64,000 nt of DNA from Syntrophales bacterium (GCA_963668175.1 OY764159.1:1184001-1248000); one strand, 5' to 3'; shown: positions 47,521 to 58,187, numbered from the stretch's first letter. Program-made: numbers and translations. The notes: a model not told the origin generated them from the sequence alone.

Positions 47521-49482
47521 ATGCCGACACATGACGGATACATGGGAAAAATTCTCCTGGTCGATCTCTCTTTGGGGGATATCCGGGAAGAGGAGATAGA
47601 GAGGCGCCTCTACGAGCAGTATCTGGGCGGCACGGGGCTTGCGGCCCCCCTGCTCTACGACATGATCCCCGCCGGTGCGGACCCCCTTGGTCCGGACAAC
47701 GTACTCTGCTTCCTGGCGGGTCTCCTGACCGGTACGGGCAGCCTCTTTGCCGGCCGCTGGATGGTCGCCGGCAAGTCGCCGCTGACGGGGGGCTGGGGCG
47801 ATGCGAACTGCGGCGGCACGTTTGCTCCGGCCATCAAGCGAAGCGGCTACGACGGGATCTTCGTCAAAGGGATAAGCGCCGGTCCAGTCTATCTTTACGT
47901 CCGGGACGGCCGGGCGGAGTTGCGGGACGCCTCGCACGTGTGGGGCATCGACGCCGTGGAAGCGGAAACGTTGCTCAGAAAGGAAGCGGGAGGTCAATGC
48001 CGGGTGGCCCTGATCGGTCCCGCCGGGGAAAAACTGTCCCTGATCTCCGGCATCTGCAACGACGGGGGGCGGATCGCTGCCAGGTCGGGCCTCGGGGCGG
48101 TCATGGGCTCAAAAAGGCTGAAGGCCGTCGTCCTGGACGGCCACAGACAGGTCGGGGTTTTCAACCGGGACGAGATCAAACGGCTGAGCCGCAAGTGCAA
48201 CCGCTGGGTCCGCTTCCAGGCGCCGCTGGTCCCGGGACCGATGACCTCCCATCTTGGGGTCCTTATGCGGGTCATGCCCACGCAGATGGCCATGGACGGG
48301 ATGGTCTACAAGACGATGCTCACGAAATGGGGCACGTGCAGCATGAACCAGGTCTCGATCGAAATGGGCGACGCCCCCATCAGGAACTGGGAAGGAAGCA
48401 GCGCCACCTTCGGCCCCGACAAGTCCGTCAAGGTCAATCCCGATGTCTTCGCGGGCCGCGAGAAGACGAAGTACCACTGCTATTCCTGTCCGCTGGGCTG
48501 CGGCGGGATATGCACGCTTCCCGGCGGGGACGGCGAAACCCACAAGCCGGAATATGAAACGATCCTGGCCCTGGGCGGGCTTTGCGGCAACGAAGATCCG
48601 GACAGCATCTTTTATATGAACGAGATCCTGAACCGGGCCGGAATGGACACGATCTCGGCGGGCGGAACGGCGGCCTTTGCCATCGAATGCTTCGAGCGGG
48701 GCATCCTCACCCGGGACGATACCGGCGGTCTGGAGCTTACGTGGGGAAACACGAAGGCCGTGGTTGCCCTGATCGAAAAGATGATCCGCCGGGAGGGGAT
48801 CGGCGATATCCTGGCCGACGGATCAAGGGCCGCCGCCGCGAAAATCGGCCGCGAGGCCGGGCGGTACGCCATCCATGCCGGAGGGCAGGAGCTCGGCATG
48901 CACGATGGGCGCAACGACCCGGGCTTCAACGTGCACTATGCCGTGGAGCCGACGCCGGGCCGCCATACGCTGGGCTCGCAGCTCTATTACGAGATGTTCC
49001 AGCTGTGGAAAAAGGTCGAGGGACTGCCGAAACCCCATTTGATTTACAGCAAGAACGAAAAATACCGCCTGGACGAAAAAAAGGCCGCGACGGCCGCCGC
49101 ATGCAGCAAGTTCATGAACGTCGTGAATGGTGCGGGACTGTGCCTTTTCGGCGTCATGATCGGGGCGGGAAGAACTCCGACCTTCGAATGGCTGAACGCC
49201 GCCACGGGATGGAGAAAGACCCCGGCCGAGTATATAGAGATCGGCGCCCGCATCCAGACCGTGAAGCAGTTGTTCAATATCAAGCATGGTATCGATCCCC
49301 GGGCGGTCAAGATGAACGAGCGGGTTTTGGGGAAGCCCGCCCAGGCAGAGGGGGCCAACAAGGGGAGGTCCATGGACCTGGAGAATGCGAAAGGCGACTA
49401 CTGGCGGCAGTTCGGCTGGGATGCCGAGACGGGCAGGCCGACGGCGGCAAGCCTAGCCGGGTACGGGATCAACCTGGCCTGA
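47521..49482 (+). CDS. Aldehyde ferredoxin oxidoreductase family protein (W/Mo-pterin)
   Basis: KSPLTGG, IGPAGE, ARSGLGAVMGSKRLKAV, CYSCPLGC, PEYET, GMDTIS. Confidence 0.93.
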   Translation: MPTHDGYMGKILLVDLSLGDIREEEIERRLYEQYLGGTGLAAPLLYDMIPAGADPLGPDNVLCFLAGLLTGTGSLFAGRWMVAGKSPLTGGWGDANCGGTFAPAIKRSGYDGIFVKGISAGPVYLYVRDGRAELRDASHVWGIDAVEAETLLRKEAGGQCRVALIGPAGEKLSLISGICNDGGRIAARSGLGAVMGSKRLKAVVLDGHRQVGVFNRDEIKRLSRKCNRWVRFQAPLVPGPMTSHLGVLMRVMPTQMAMDGMVYKTMLTKWGTCSMNQVSIEMGDAPIRNWEGSSATFGPDKSVKVNPDVFAGREKTKYHCYSCPLGCGGICTLPGGDGETHKPEYETILALGGLCGNEDPDSIFYMNEILNRAGMDTISAGGTAAFAIECFERGILTRDDTGGLELTWGNTKAVVALIEKMIRREGIGDILADGSRAAAAKIGREAGRYAIHAGGQELGMHDGRNDPGFNVHYAVEPTPGRHTLGSQLYYEMFQLWKKVEGLPKPHLIYSKNEKYRLDEKKAATAAACSKFMNVVNGAGLCLFGVMIGAGRTPTFEWLNAATGWRKTPAEYIEIGARIQTVKQLFNIKHGIDPRAVKMNERVLGKPAQAEGANKGRSMDLENAKGDYWRQFGWDAETGRPTAASLAGYGINLA

Positions 49483-49545
49483 TACCTTTGGGGCATCGCC
49501 AATTTTTCATTTTGCAATCGCGAAAAAAGAGGTAGACATACAGAG

Positions 49546-49965
49546 ATGGCCTACAGGATAACGGAACGCTGCGATGGGTGCGGGGCCTGCGTCAGATGGT
49601 GCCCGACGTCGGCCATTCGCGGGGAGAAAAAGGCGCGTCATGCCGTCGACGGCGGCCTCTGTATCGAATGCGGGGCCTGCGGCCGGGTCTGCCCGCGGGG
49701 GAGCGTGGTCGACGCCTTCGGCATCCCGGCGGTCATGCAGAAAAAATCTCTATGGGAGAAACCGCAGATAGATGCGAAGGCGTGTATGCTTTGCGGGATC
49801 TGCATCGATGCCTGCCCGGCCGGATGTCTCGGGCGCATCGATGTCGCCGGCGACGTCCTGAGGGAGAGGATCGCTCTGACCGATGAAAAGGCCTGCCTCG
49901 CCTGCGGTTTCTGCCGGCGCGAATGTCCCGTGTCGGCCGTCGCCATGGCGGGACCTTCTGCATAG
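49546..49965 (+). CDS. Polyferredoxin (four [4Fe-4S] motifs)
   Basis: Four CxxCxxCxxxCP motifs. Confidence 0.9.
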   Translation: MAYRITERCDGCGACVRWCPTSAIRGEKKARHAVDGGLCIECGACGRVCPRGSVVDAFGIPAVMQKKSLWEKPQIDAKACMLCGICIDACPAGCLGRIDVAGDVLRERIALTDEKACLACGFCRRECPVSAVAMAGPSA

Positions 49966-50060
49966 ATTGACGAATATGGAATGAGCCGGACGGGGGATTC
50001 TTTTAAATTCGAGGCCGGAGAAGATTTCGAGAAAATGACAAACGGGAGGAATACAAACCT

Positions 50061-51530
50061 GTGAGACTCTACAATACACTGGTGAACAAGAAGCAGGAGT
50101 TGAAAACGATACGGGAAGGCAAGGTCGGTCTCTATATCTGCGGGATAACGGCCTACGACAGCTGCCATGTGGGGCATGCCCGGTCCGCGGTTGTGTTTGA
50201 CATTATCACGCGATACCTGCGCTATCGAGGATACGACGTGACCTACGTCAAGAACTTCACCGATGTCGACGACAAGATCATCGGCAAGGCGAACGCCGAA
50301 GGGACGGACATCGCAACCATAGCGGAACGCTATATCAAGGAGCATAACGACGACATGGGGGCGCTGGGCGTCGTACCGCCCACGGTGACCCCGCGGGCGA
50401 CCGAATACATCGGCGGCATGATCAAGCTCATTGAGACGCTGATCGCCAAGGGCCTGGCCTATGTCATGGACGGCGACGTCTATTACGCCGTTAGCAAATT
50501 CTACGGCTACGGAAAACTTTCCGGCCGAAGCCTCGACGATATGATCGCCGGCGCCCGCGTCGATGTGAACGAGCGGAAGAACAATCCCCTCGATTTCGCT
50601 CTCTGGAAGGCCAGCAAGGAGGGCGAACCCTGGTGGGAGAGCCCCTGGGGCAAGGGACGGCCGGGGTGGCACATCGAATGTTCGGTTATGAGCCAGCATC
50701 TTCTCGGCGATACCTTCGATATCCACGGCGGCGGCGAAGACCTCATCTTTCCCCACCACGAAAACGAAATCGCCCAATCCGAGGGGGCTTCGGGCAAGCC
50801 CCTGGCGAATTACTGGATGCATAACGGCTTTGTCCGGATCAACAAGGAGAAGATGTCCAAATCTCTGGGGAACTTCTTTACGATCAAGGACATGCTGGCA
50901 AGCTACCAGCCGGAAGTCTTGCGATTCTTCATGATTCAGACCCACTACCGGAGCCCGGCCGATTTCTCCGGCGATTCCCTTGCCGAGGCAAGACAGGGGC
51001 TCGAACGCTGCTATACGGCCCTCAAGGCGATCAAGGACGCCCTCGCGGGACATGTCGTTCCCGCCGGGATACCGGATCAACTGACCGGCCAGGACGAGGC
51101 GTTTTATAAGATCGTCGCCGAATTGCCGCAGAAGTTCCAAGAGGCCATGGACGACGATTTCAATTCCGCCAAGGCGATCGGCCATATCTTCGATGCGGTG
51201 AGGCATATCAACGCCTTTGCCGGCAAATCCTTCGCGGCAACGCCTGCGGCCCTGTTCGTCGTGGACGTGGCGAGGCGGAACCTCCTTGAAATTGGGAATG
51301 TCCTGGGCCTCTTCCTGATGGATCCCGACGACTATTTCGACCGCGACCGGACCCTCGAAGTCGCGAAACGCGGGCTCGACACGACCCTTATTCTGCAATT
51401 GATCGGAGAGAGAAACGCCGCCCGGGCCGCCAAGGATTGGCAGAAGGCCGACGAGATAAGAAAGGCCCTGGCGGAGATGAAGGTCGTCCTGAAGGATACG
51501 CCGACGGACACGCTCTGGCAGATCGAGTAA
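50061..51530 (+). CDS. cysS: Cysteine--tRNA ligase
   Basis: CGITAYDSCHVGHAR, GRPGWHIEC, HGGGEDLIFPHHENE, KMSKS. Confidence 0.98.
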   Translation: MRLYNTLVNKKQELKTIREGKVGLYICGITAYDSCHVGHARSAVVFDIITRYLRYRGYDVTYVKNFTDVDDKIIGKANAEGTDIATIAERYIKEHNDDMGALGVVPPTVTPRATEYIGGMIKLIETLIAKGLAYVMDGDVYYAVSKFYGYGKLSGRSLDDMIAGARVDVNERKNNPLDFALWKASKEGEPWWESPWGKGRPGWHIECSVMSQHLLGDTFDIHGGGEDLIFPHHENEIAQSEGASGKPLANYWMHNGFVRINKEKMSKSLGNFFTIKDMLASYQPEVLRFFMIQTHYRSPADFSGDSLAEARQGLERCYTALKAIKDALAGHVVPAGIPDQLTGQDEAFYKIVAELPQKFQEAMDDDFNSAKAIGHIFDAVRHINAFAGKSFAATPAALFVVDVARRNLLEIGNVLGLFLMDPDDYFDRDRTLEVAKRGLDTTLILQLIGERNAARAAKDWQKADEIRKALAEMKVVLKDTPTDTLWQIE

Positions 51531-51905
51531 GACTGGAGAGCTTTCAGTATCTAAAGAATAGGCACGGATATCGTCCCGAAAGCCTTCCTGCGCCAGGCCT
51601 CCGCGCGGTAGACCATCCGTCGTTTAAGAAGTTTAGGGCAAAGAATCTGTCTAACCTGGAAAATCAGGATACACAGCCGGTTCATCAATGACCCTCGTCG
51701 GTTTGTATTACAGGTCGGCCATGCGGGGGATGAGTATCTTGCGGACTACATTCAGCTTGACAAACAGCCACCATCTGTACGATAATCCGGACCAGGCTTG
51801 TTGCCCGGAGTAGGTGATTTCCTGAAGCCTTTAATACCCTCGATCGGGATGGGATGATGGAGGGAAAGACAATCCCGCAAAGACCCAAAAAGGATTGGAG
51901 GCTGC

Positions 51906-52757
51906 ATGAGGACGATCCGCACCATCACCTGGAACCTTTCCGATACCGGCGATATCGGTCCGAAGATTGATCTGCTCAGGGAGGCTATCCGCGAAGCCGG
52001 TGAAGACACGGGGGTCATTGTCTGCCTCCAGGAAGTGACCAGCCAGTATTATCGTGAACTTCTCAACTGCGGCCTCTTTTCGGAAATAGTCTGTTCGCTG
52101 AATGTCCGCTCGTCGGACCGTTTCGATCCCGAGGATAGGCCCCTCGGGTGCGCTTTCGGCTGCACCGGCAAGATCAATCTGGGGACCGGATCGATCTCCG
52201 GCAGGCTGCCCGACATGGACGCATCGAATGCTATGCCGCAGTCTTCTCCGGAGACCGACCACGGCATGATGCATCTTGTCAATGTCCATTCCCTCAACGG
52301 TATCAGCTTCAATAAAATGAAATCGGTCCAGTCTGCATCCGTTGCCCGGTATATATACAGCCTGGCGAAACACAACGAATCGGTCATATTCTGCGGCAAG
52401 ATCAGCGATGATTTCCTGGAAGAGAACGATACCCCCTCTGAGGAAGCCTCGCCGTCTTACGGAAACTGGCCGGACCCGGCCGGAACGTTTTTCGGCGTGA
52501 ATCCCCGCCACCACCTCCAGGAGGCGTTGAGGATGTGGCTGAAGAGCAACCCGGTCTGCATGGCGTCGCGTCTGCAATCGCCTGCGGACGGTCCTTTAAG
52601 CGTAACGCTTATCAAGGGAGGGGATCATCACTACGATTTTCTCTTTATCTCACCCCAGTGGGTTGTAAAGCACATCGATCAGCGCCAGGACGAATCCCTT
52701 AGAGCCGGAAGCCGCCACGCCATGGTCGTCTGCGACCTGGCCCATGAAGCAGCCTGA
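51906..52757 (+). CDS. Endonuclease/exonuclease/phosphatase (EEP) fold protein, divergent
   Basis: TITWN, CLQEV, VNVH, YDFLFIS, SRHAMV. Confidence 0.7.
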   Translation: MRTIRTITWNLSDTGDIGPKIDLLREAIREAGEDTGVIVCLQEVTSQYYRELLNCGLFSEIVCSLNVRSSDRFDPEDRPLGCAFGCTGKINLGTGSISGRLPDMDASNAMPQSSPETDHGMMHLVNVHSLNGISFNKMKSVQSASVARYIYSLAKHNESVIFCGKISDDFLEENDTPSEEASPSYGNWPDPAGTFFGVNPRHHLQEALRMWLKSNPVCMASRLQSPADGPLSVTLIKGGDHHYDFLFISPQWVVKHIDQRQDESLRAGSRHAMVVCDLAHEAA

Positions 52758-52874
52758 TCCCGGTACTATTCCATTGCTTCGTCGGTATGCTTTTCCTCTT
52801 CAGCGTCCTGTCCTCTTCGGTCCGCCGGGAAAAGGCCACACAAGATCCCTGGATATGAAACCTCAGGTCTATCT

Positions 52875-53495
52875 ATGAAGTATCTCATCGCATCGCTCTT
52901 CTGGATAGCTTGGTGTGCTCTCCATAGCGTTCTGATTGCAACGCCGGTCAAGACCTTCTTCGAACACCTCCTGGGACGGACCTTTCGCTTTTATCGCCTC
53001 GCCTACAATCTGATCGCATTCCTAACCTTGATACCCGTGTTTCTAGTTTCCCGCACAATTTCCTCGCCGCTGTTCTGGCGATGGGAGGGGATGCTGAAGA
53101 TGGTCCCTCTTTTCCTTCTGGCTTGCGGCGCGTTCCTGTTTCTCGCCGGCGCACGGCGATACGACGGCCTGGAGTTCCTGGGGGTCCTGCAGATACGTGA
53201 GAACAGGTTAGGAGCCTCGATCTCTTCCGGCGACAGATTGAGCTTGGACGGCATCCACCGCGTGATCCGCCATCCCTGGTACACGGGAGGCATCATGGTC
53301 GTCTGGGCGAGGGATATGACCGTCCTCGATCTGATCGTCAATGTTATCTTGACAGTCTATTTCATTGTCGGGGCTTGCCTGGAAGAGGAGAGGCTGATCC
53401 GCGCCTTCGGCGAACCCTATCGTCTCTATCGGAGGGAGGTGTCCATGCTGCTGCCCGTCAAATGGTTGAAGACTGTTCTTCGCGGGAGGCATTAG
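52875..53495 (+). CDS. Isoprenylcysteine carboxyl methyltransferase/NnrU-like membrane protein
   Basis: HSVLI, GIHRVIRHPWY, EEERLIRAFGEPY..YRREV. Confidence 0.85.
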   Translation: MKYLIASLFWIAWCALHSVLIATPVKTFFEHLLGRTFRFYRLAYNLIAFLTLIPVFLVSRTISSPLFWRWEGMLKMVPLFLLACGAFLFLAGARRYDGLEFLGVLQIRENRLGASISSGDRLSLDGIHRVIRHPWYTGGIMVVWARDMTVLDLIVNVILTVYFIVGACLEEERLIRAFGEPYRLYRREVSMLLPVKWLKTVLRGRH

Positions 53496-53544
53496 GGAGA
53501 TGTTGGAGGTTTTTAGGACGGAATGACGGACGGGTCCGGATGTG

Positions 53545-54711
53545 TCAGGCACCTTCGATCAAATCGAACAGGGAAAAGACCTTGGCGAAGCGCATCTCCC
53601 AGGTATGCTCCGTCCTGGCCCTTCGGTAGCCCGCAAGGCGAATCTCTTCCGCCGTATCCGGATGGGCGAGGAGATAGCGGATTTTCTCCAGCAAGTCGTC
53701 GAATCCCGTATAGGTCATGATCTCCTCCCCCGGCACGAACACGGATTCGATCTCGGGATGGTGTTCGGTGAGGTAGAGACCGCCGCTCATGGGGATCTCG
53801 AAGTCGCGGCCCTTGAGGCAGAAGGTGTCCTGGTGCCCGGAGACGCCTCCGAAGCCGAGATTGATGCGGCTTCGCGAATAGAGCTGCGTCATGGCCGGAA
53901 GCGAAAGCGGACCGTTCGGCCAGCCGTGCCCGTAGGCCTCGACCCGGATGCCCTTTTCGATCAATTTCCCGATGACTTCCGGCCGGTTGCCGTAGCACTG
54001 TCCGACAAAGGAGACGTCGATCGTCTTTTCGCAGTCGACGGGCCGGTGAGCATCCGGATTGGCCCCTTCCGGAAGGTAGAGGGGCGTGGCCCCTTCCACG
54101 CAGTATTTTTTCAGGGCGTCTTCGGTGCTTGTCCAGGAGAGGTCGAAATAACGGCAGATGTCCCGGGCGCCCATGGCAAGTCCGTTCCTGATCCTGCCGA
54201 CGAACTGTTCCTTGTCGTTCAAAGCGAGATTGACCATGGGGATACCGAAGACGGCCAGTTCCGTCATGGCCTCCGGCCCAATCAGCTCTCCCGACAGGTA
54301 GGTGAAGACGAGGTCCAGCGGCTTTTCACGGTGCCGGGATGCGACCTGTCCGACGAGATGCCTGTTCATGGCTGCCTTAAGCGTCCTGTGCCAGCGGTCT
54401 TCCTCCTGGTGGTTGAACTCGTCGAACCAGTCGTAATGCTGTACGGCGCCGAATTTCGCAAGCGCCGGCAGGAGCGAGTCGTTTTCCCAGGTATAGTGGT
54501 GATAGACGGCGAGAATATTGAGCGTTCCCTTGGGTTTTGGCGAGATGCGGGGATGCCGGGCCCGTAAACTCTCCCGGATGGCGCCCTCGCCGGGGATCGA
54601 AAGGCCCATCTCGCGAAACCGCTGCCCGTAGAAGCGCAGTTCCCGGGCCAGGCGCCGTCGGTTCAGCCATGATCTTATGCGATGCCGGTAATTCTTCAAA
54701 GGATCGTTCAT
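53545..54711 (-). CDS. CgeB-like glycosyltransferase (GT1_2 domain)
   Basis: DVSFVGQ.YGNR, SRINLGF, KGRDFEIPMSGG, EHTWEMR. Confidence 0.85.
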   Translation of the reverse strand: MNDPLKNYRHRIRSWLNRRRLARELRFYGQRFREMGLSIPGEGAIRESLRARHPRISPKPKGTLNILAVYHHYTWENDSLLPALAKFGAVQHYDWFDEFNHQEEDRWHRTLKAAMNRHLVGQVASRHREKPLDLVFTYLSGELIGPEAMTELAVFGIPMVNLALNDKEQFVGRIRNGLAMGARDICRYFDLSWTSTEDALKKYCVEGATPLYLPEGANPDAHRPVDCEKTIDVSFVGQCYGNRPEVIGKLIEKGIRVEAYGHGWPNGPLSLPAMTQLYSRSRINLGFGGVSGHQDTFCLKGRDFEIPMSGGLYLTEHHPEIESVFVPGEEIMTYTGFDDLLEKIRYLLAHPDTAEEIRLAGYRRARTEHTWEMRFAKVFSLFDLIEGA

Positions 54712-54712
54712 G

Positions 54713-55660
54713 TCAGGCGGTGTCGCGCCATAAGGTGTAAAGCCTCTGGCCGTTGGACTTGTTGACGAGGTCATTCATCATGTTGAGCACATGGCCCGCA
54801 TCGAAGGCGGGGACGGACAAGGCACGGGACGCGTCGCTGCAGATGAGAAGGGCGCCGACACCTGCCCCGACGAGGCAGATATCCGTGTCGGCCGGTATCT
54901 TCCGGAGGATGTCGTCTTTCATTGTCGGCCAGCGTGTCGTAACATAGGCAGCGGGAATCTCGACGAAGGACAGCTCCGGGCGGCTGGCGCGGTTCTCGAA
55001 CCATCGTACGCATGCCTCCCTGTTCCAGTCGGAATTCAGGATGCAGATCTTCCTGCCGTGAACGAGCCGCGCGAAAAGGTTTGAGGTCAGATAGGCGTAA
55101 ACGATATAGAAGGGGATGTAGTTGCCGCACGTAAGCTCGATTCCCTGCCGGCGGAGGAGATCGAGGAAAAGTCCGGCGGAGGGGTCCTCCTTCTTTTTTC
55201 TCTTGAAGGACCAGAACTTTCGTGTTTCCTGTTCCATCCCGTAACGCCCGATGTTGCCGGGATAGACAAGCGGCGCCAGATGCCCAGTTTTAGCCGTGAA
55301 AGCCAGGGCCTCGATATGCCGGGGCATTGCCTCGCGTATGGCCTCGGCCGATTCGGCCTGCTGATAGAGACCGTTGCAATGAAGGTCGAAGTCGTAATAG
55401 GCGTACTCGCCGTCGGCAAAACGTACGACCGGGAGGGCCTCCTTCCGGCCCATGGCGGTTTCCAGGCGCTTGTGGAGGATATCCAGATAGTCGTCGCCGG
55501 AGGCGACATCGCGGTGCAGGAGGCAGAATTCCTGGTCCGCCATGGCATGTCCGAAGACATCGTAGACGGGCATGTTGTCGATGCCGCCGACCTTCAGGTG
55601 GCCGAAGCGGAAGAAGCCTTCCGACAGGAGTTGAGTTAAGTAGTGCTTTTGTTCCGTCAT
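54713..55660 (-). CDS. Hypothetical protein of the glycan cluster, possible GT-D-like fold
   Basis: VVRFADGE and LVGAG...DAGHV motifs; tightly coupled to neighbours. Confidence 0.6.
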   Translation of the reverse strand: MTEQKHYLTQLLSEGFFRFGHLKVGGIDNMPVYDVFGHAMADQEFCLLHRDVASGDDYLDILHKRLETAMGRKEALPVVRFADGEYAYYDFDLHCNGLYQQAESAEAIREAMPRHIEALAFTAKTGHLAPLVYPGNIGRYGMEQETRKFWSFKRKKKEDPSAGLFLDLLRRQGIELTCGNYIPFYIVYAYLTSNLFARLVHGRKICILNSDWNREACVRWFENRASRPELSFVEIPAAYVTTRWPTMKDDILRKIPADTDICLVGAGVGALLICSDASRALSVPAFDAGHVLNMMNDLVNKSNGQRLYTLWRDTA

Positions 55661-55719
55661 GATGCCCGATATCCAGCTTGATGTCGCTTCTTCTTCATTT
55701 TATCGTGTCTGCCGGTTGC

Positions 55720-56085
55720 TCACCACATTTTTTCGAAGTCGCTCTTCTGGTAGGTCTTGTTCAGGACGTCGAAGTAGCTCGAGCGTTTGTTGGCGCGGAA
55801 ATGATCGACCAGCGGCCGGTTGAAGATACGGAAGAGGAAGGCAACCGGCGTGAGAACGGCGAAATAAATGACAGCGAGGATGATCTTCGAATTGACGTTG
55901 CCCAGGACCATCGCGAATTTCAGCCAATACCGGGCCAGGGACGTCGTGATCCGGGTCTCGAAGACGCCGCCGATTAAAAGCAGCAGAGCCGCCCAGACGA
56001 GCCAGGAGGCGCCGAAGATCAAGTAGGCCCCGATCAGCGCTGCGGAAAGGACGGCAATGGTTTTTAATGTCTCTGTTTTTTCCAT
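55720..56085 (-). CDS. SxtJ family membrane protein
   Basis: WLKFAMVLGNVNSKIILAVIYFAVLTP; downstream of a carbamoyltransferase. Confidence 0.85.
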   Translation of the reverse strand: MEKTETLKTIAVLSAALIGAYLIFGASWLVWAALLLLIGGVFETRITTSLARYWLKFAMVLGNVNSKIILAVIYFAVLTPVAFLFRIFNRPLVDHFRANKRSSYFDVLNKTYQKSDFEKMW

Positions 56086-56089
56086 GTTC

Positions 56090-56236
56090 TTAAAACAGGG
56101 TATAAATGAATGGGGCAATGGCGGAGCCGCTCGTAAATATCAGGATGCCGATTAGAAAAAGCACGATCACCATCGGCAGAAGCCACCACTTTTTTCGCTC
56201 TTTCAAAAACATCCATATATCTTTCAAAATTTCCAT
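56090..56236 (-). CDS. DUF5989/SxtK-like 48-aa membrane protein (not in ORF track)
   Basis: MEILKDIWMFLKERKKWWLLPMVIVLFLIGILIFTSGSAIAPFIYTLF. Confidence 0.9.
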   Translation of the reverse strand: MEILKDIWMFLKERKKWWLLPMVIVLFLIGILIFTSGSAIAPFIYTLF

Positions 56237-56324
56237 TTATCGCGTACCTTTCTTTTCCGGTTCTGACTGTCATGCGCAGCTCCCGCCTTCTCCGTCCCCG
56301 GCGGGCGGCACATAGGCCTTCATT

Positions 56325-58187
56325 CTAATCGAGGCCGTACTCCTCGCGCCAGTCCCTTTCCTCGTGCCAAACGGGCTGCTCCTGTTTGTCGAAGACGAAA
56401 TCGCCCACGACGAGGTAATCCATGTCCGTTCTCATAAAGCATCTGTAGGCGTCTTCGGGCGTACAGACGATAGGCTCGCCCCTCACGTTGAAGCTCGTAT
56501 TGACGATGACGCCGAAGCCCGTCTTTTCCTTGAAGGCGTTGATGAGGTTCCAGAAACGGGGATTGGTTTCCTTATGGACCGTCTGGAGCCTCGCCGAGTA
56601 GTCCAGGTGTGTGATGGCTGGGATATCGGACCGGACGTAATAGAGCTTCTCCCGGATGGGCATCCGGTGATAGCCTTCCGGCAGCGGGCATCTTCGCTTT
56701 TCGCTGACGCCCGCAATAAGCAGCATGTACGATGACGGGGCCTCCAGGTCAAAATAATCGAGGCGGTCTTCAAAGAGTACCGAGGGTGCGAAAGGTCGGA
56801 AGCTTTCCCGGAACTTGATCTTGACGTTAAGGCGCTTCTGCATGTCCTTGTTCCTGGCGTCACCCAGGATGGAACGGTTGCCGAGTGCGCGGGGGCCCCA
56901 TTCCATACGGCCCTGGAACCAGCCGACGGCCTTGCCCGAGGCGAGGTATTCCGCGACGCGGGTGCACAGCTGCATGAAATCGTCGTAGTGATGATAGGGT
57001 GCCTTGTAACGCTTGGCAGTCGAACGGATGTCGAATTCGGAGAATTCGGGTCCCAGGAATGCGCCACCCATCCGGTCGGTTCGTCCGTTTACGGTCCGTC
57101 CGTTTTCGAAATACATGTGATGGATCGCGTAGGCCGCACCGAGCGCGCCGCCGGCATCGCCCGCCGCCGACTGGATCCATATGTCGTCGAAGACCTTCTG
57201 CTTGAGCAATTTGCCGTTGGCCACGCAGTTCAGGGCGACGCCGCCGGAAAGGCAGAGCCGCTTCGACGAGGTCAGTTTCTTGGCGGTTTCGGCCATCTTG
57301 AAGACGACGTCTTCCGTAATCTGCTGGATAGCCATGGCCAGGTCGGCGTGGTGCTGCTCCAGGGCGCTTTCCGGCTTCCGGGTGGGGAAGCCGAAGATTT
57401 CGGCCCATTTCTCGTCGTTGACCATCCGCAGGCCCGTGGCGTAGTCGAAGTATTCCTGGTTGAGCCAGACGGAGCCGTCTTCCTTGACGTCGACGAGTCG
57501 GTCGCGGATGATCTTCCGGAAATCGGCGACCCGCTGGGACTGGGGATCGCCGTAAGGCGAAAGGCCCATCAGTTTGTATTCTCCCGAATTTACGCGGAAA
57601 CCCAGGTAGTAGGTGAAAGCCGAGTAAAGGAGGCCCACCGAGTGGGGGAATTTGAGTTCCTGAAGGACCTTGATGTCCCTCCCTTCGCCGTGGCCGATGG
57701 AGGCCGTCGCCCATTCGCCGACGCCATCGACGGTCAGGATGGCCGACTCTTCGTAAGGCGAAGGGAAGAAGGCGCTCGCGGCGTGCGAGAGATGGTGGTC
57801 CGTGAAGAGGAGCCTGGTCTTATCGCGGTCGTAGGGGCCGAGTTTCTGAAGCTCCTCGCGGATGAGGGACTTCAGGAACACCTTCTCCTTGATCCAAACG
57901 GGGATGGCGGAGAGGAAAGACGTGAATCCCCGGGGGGCAAAGGCGTAATACGTTTCGAGAAGCCTTTCGAACTTAAGCAGAGGCTTGTCGTAGAAGGCCA
58001 CTGCGTCCAGGTCGGCCGCCGATATGCCGCCGTACTCCAGGCAAAACGCTGCGGCCCTGGACGGAAAGGAGGGGTCGTGCTTCCTTCGCGTAAAACGCTC
58101 TTCCTGGGCTGCGGCAACGATGTCGCCGTTCATGAGAAGGGCTGCCGCCGAATCGTGATAAAATGCCGATATGCCTAAAATATTCAT
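56325..58187 (-). CDS. Carbamoyltransferase (NodU/CmcH family)
   Basis: GISAFYHDSAA, HHLSHAASAF, DGVGE, GEYKLMGL, GPRALGNRS, NTSFNVRGEP. Confidence 0.95.
   Translation of the reverse strand: MNILGISAFYHDSAAALLMNGDIVAAAQEERFTRRKHDPSFPSRAAAFCLEYGGISAADLDAVAFYDKPLLKFERLLETYYAFAPRGFTSFLSAIPVWIKEKVFLKSLIREELQKLGPYDRDKTRLLFTDHHLSHAASAFFPSPYEESAILTVDGVGEWATASIGHGEGRDIKVLQELKFPHSVGLLYSAFTYYLGFRVNSGEYKLMGLSPYGDPQSQRVADFRKIIRDRLVDVKEDGSVWLNQEYFDYATGLRMVNDEKWAEIFGFPTRKPESALEQHHADLAMAIQQITEDVVFKMAETAKKLTSSKRLCLSGGVALNCVANGKLLKQKVFDDIWIQSAAGDAGGALGAAYAIHHMYFENGRTVNGRTDRMGGAFLGPEFSEFDIRSTAKRYKAPYHHYDDFMQLCTRVAEYLASGKAVGWFQGRMEWGPRALGNRSILGDARNKDMQKRLNVKIKFRESFRPFAPSVLFEDRLDYFDLEAPSSYMLLIAGVSEKRRCPLPEGYHRMPIREKLYYVRSDIPAITHLDYSARLQTVHKETNPRFWNLINAFKEKTGFGVIVNTSFNVRGEPIVCTPEDAYRCFMRTDMDYLVVGDFVFDKQEQPVWHEERDWREEYGLD

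Noticed and set aside
55720..58187. Saxitoxin biosynthesis (sxtI/J/K-like genes)
   Set aside because: No sxtA/G/B or other core genes; context is glycosyltransferases
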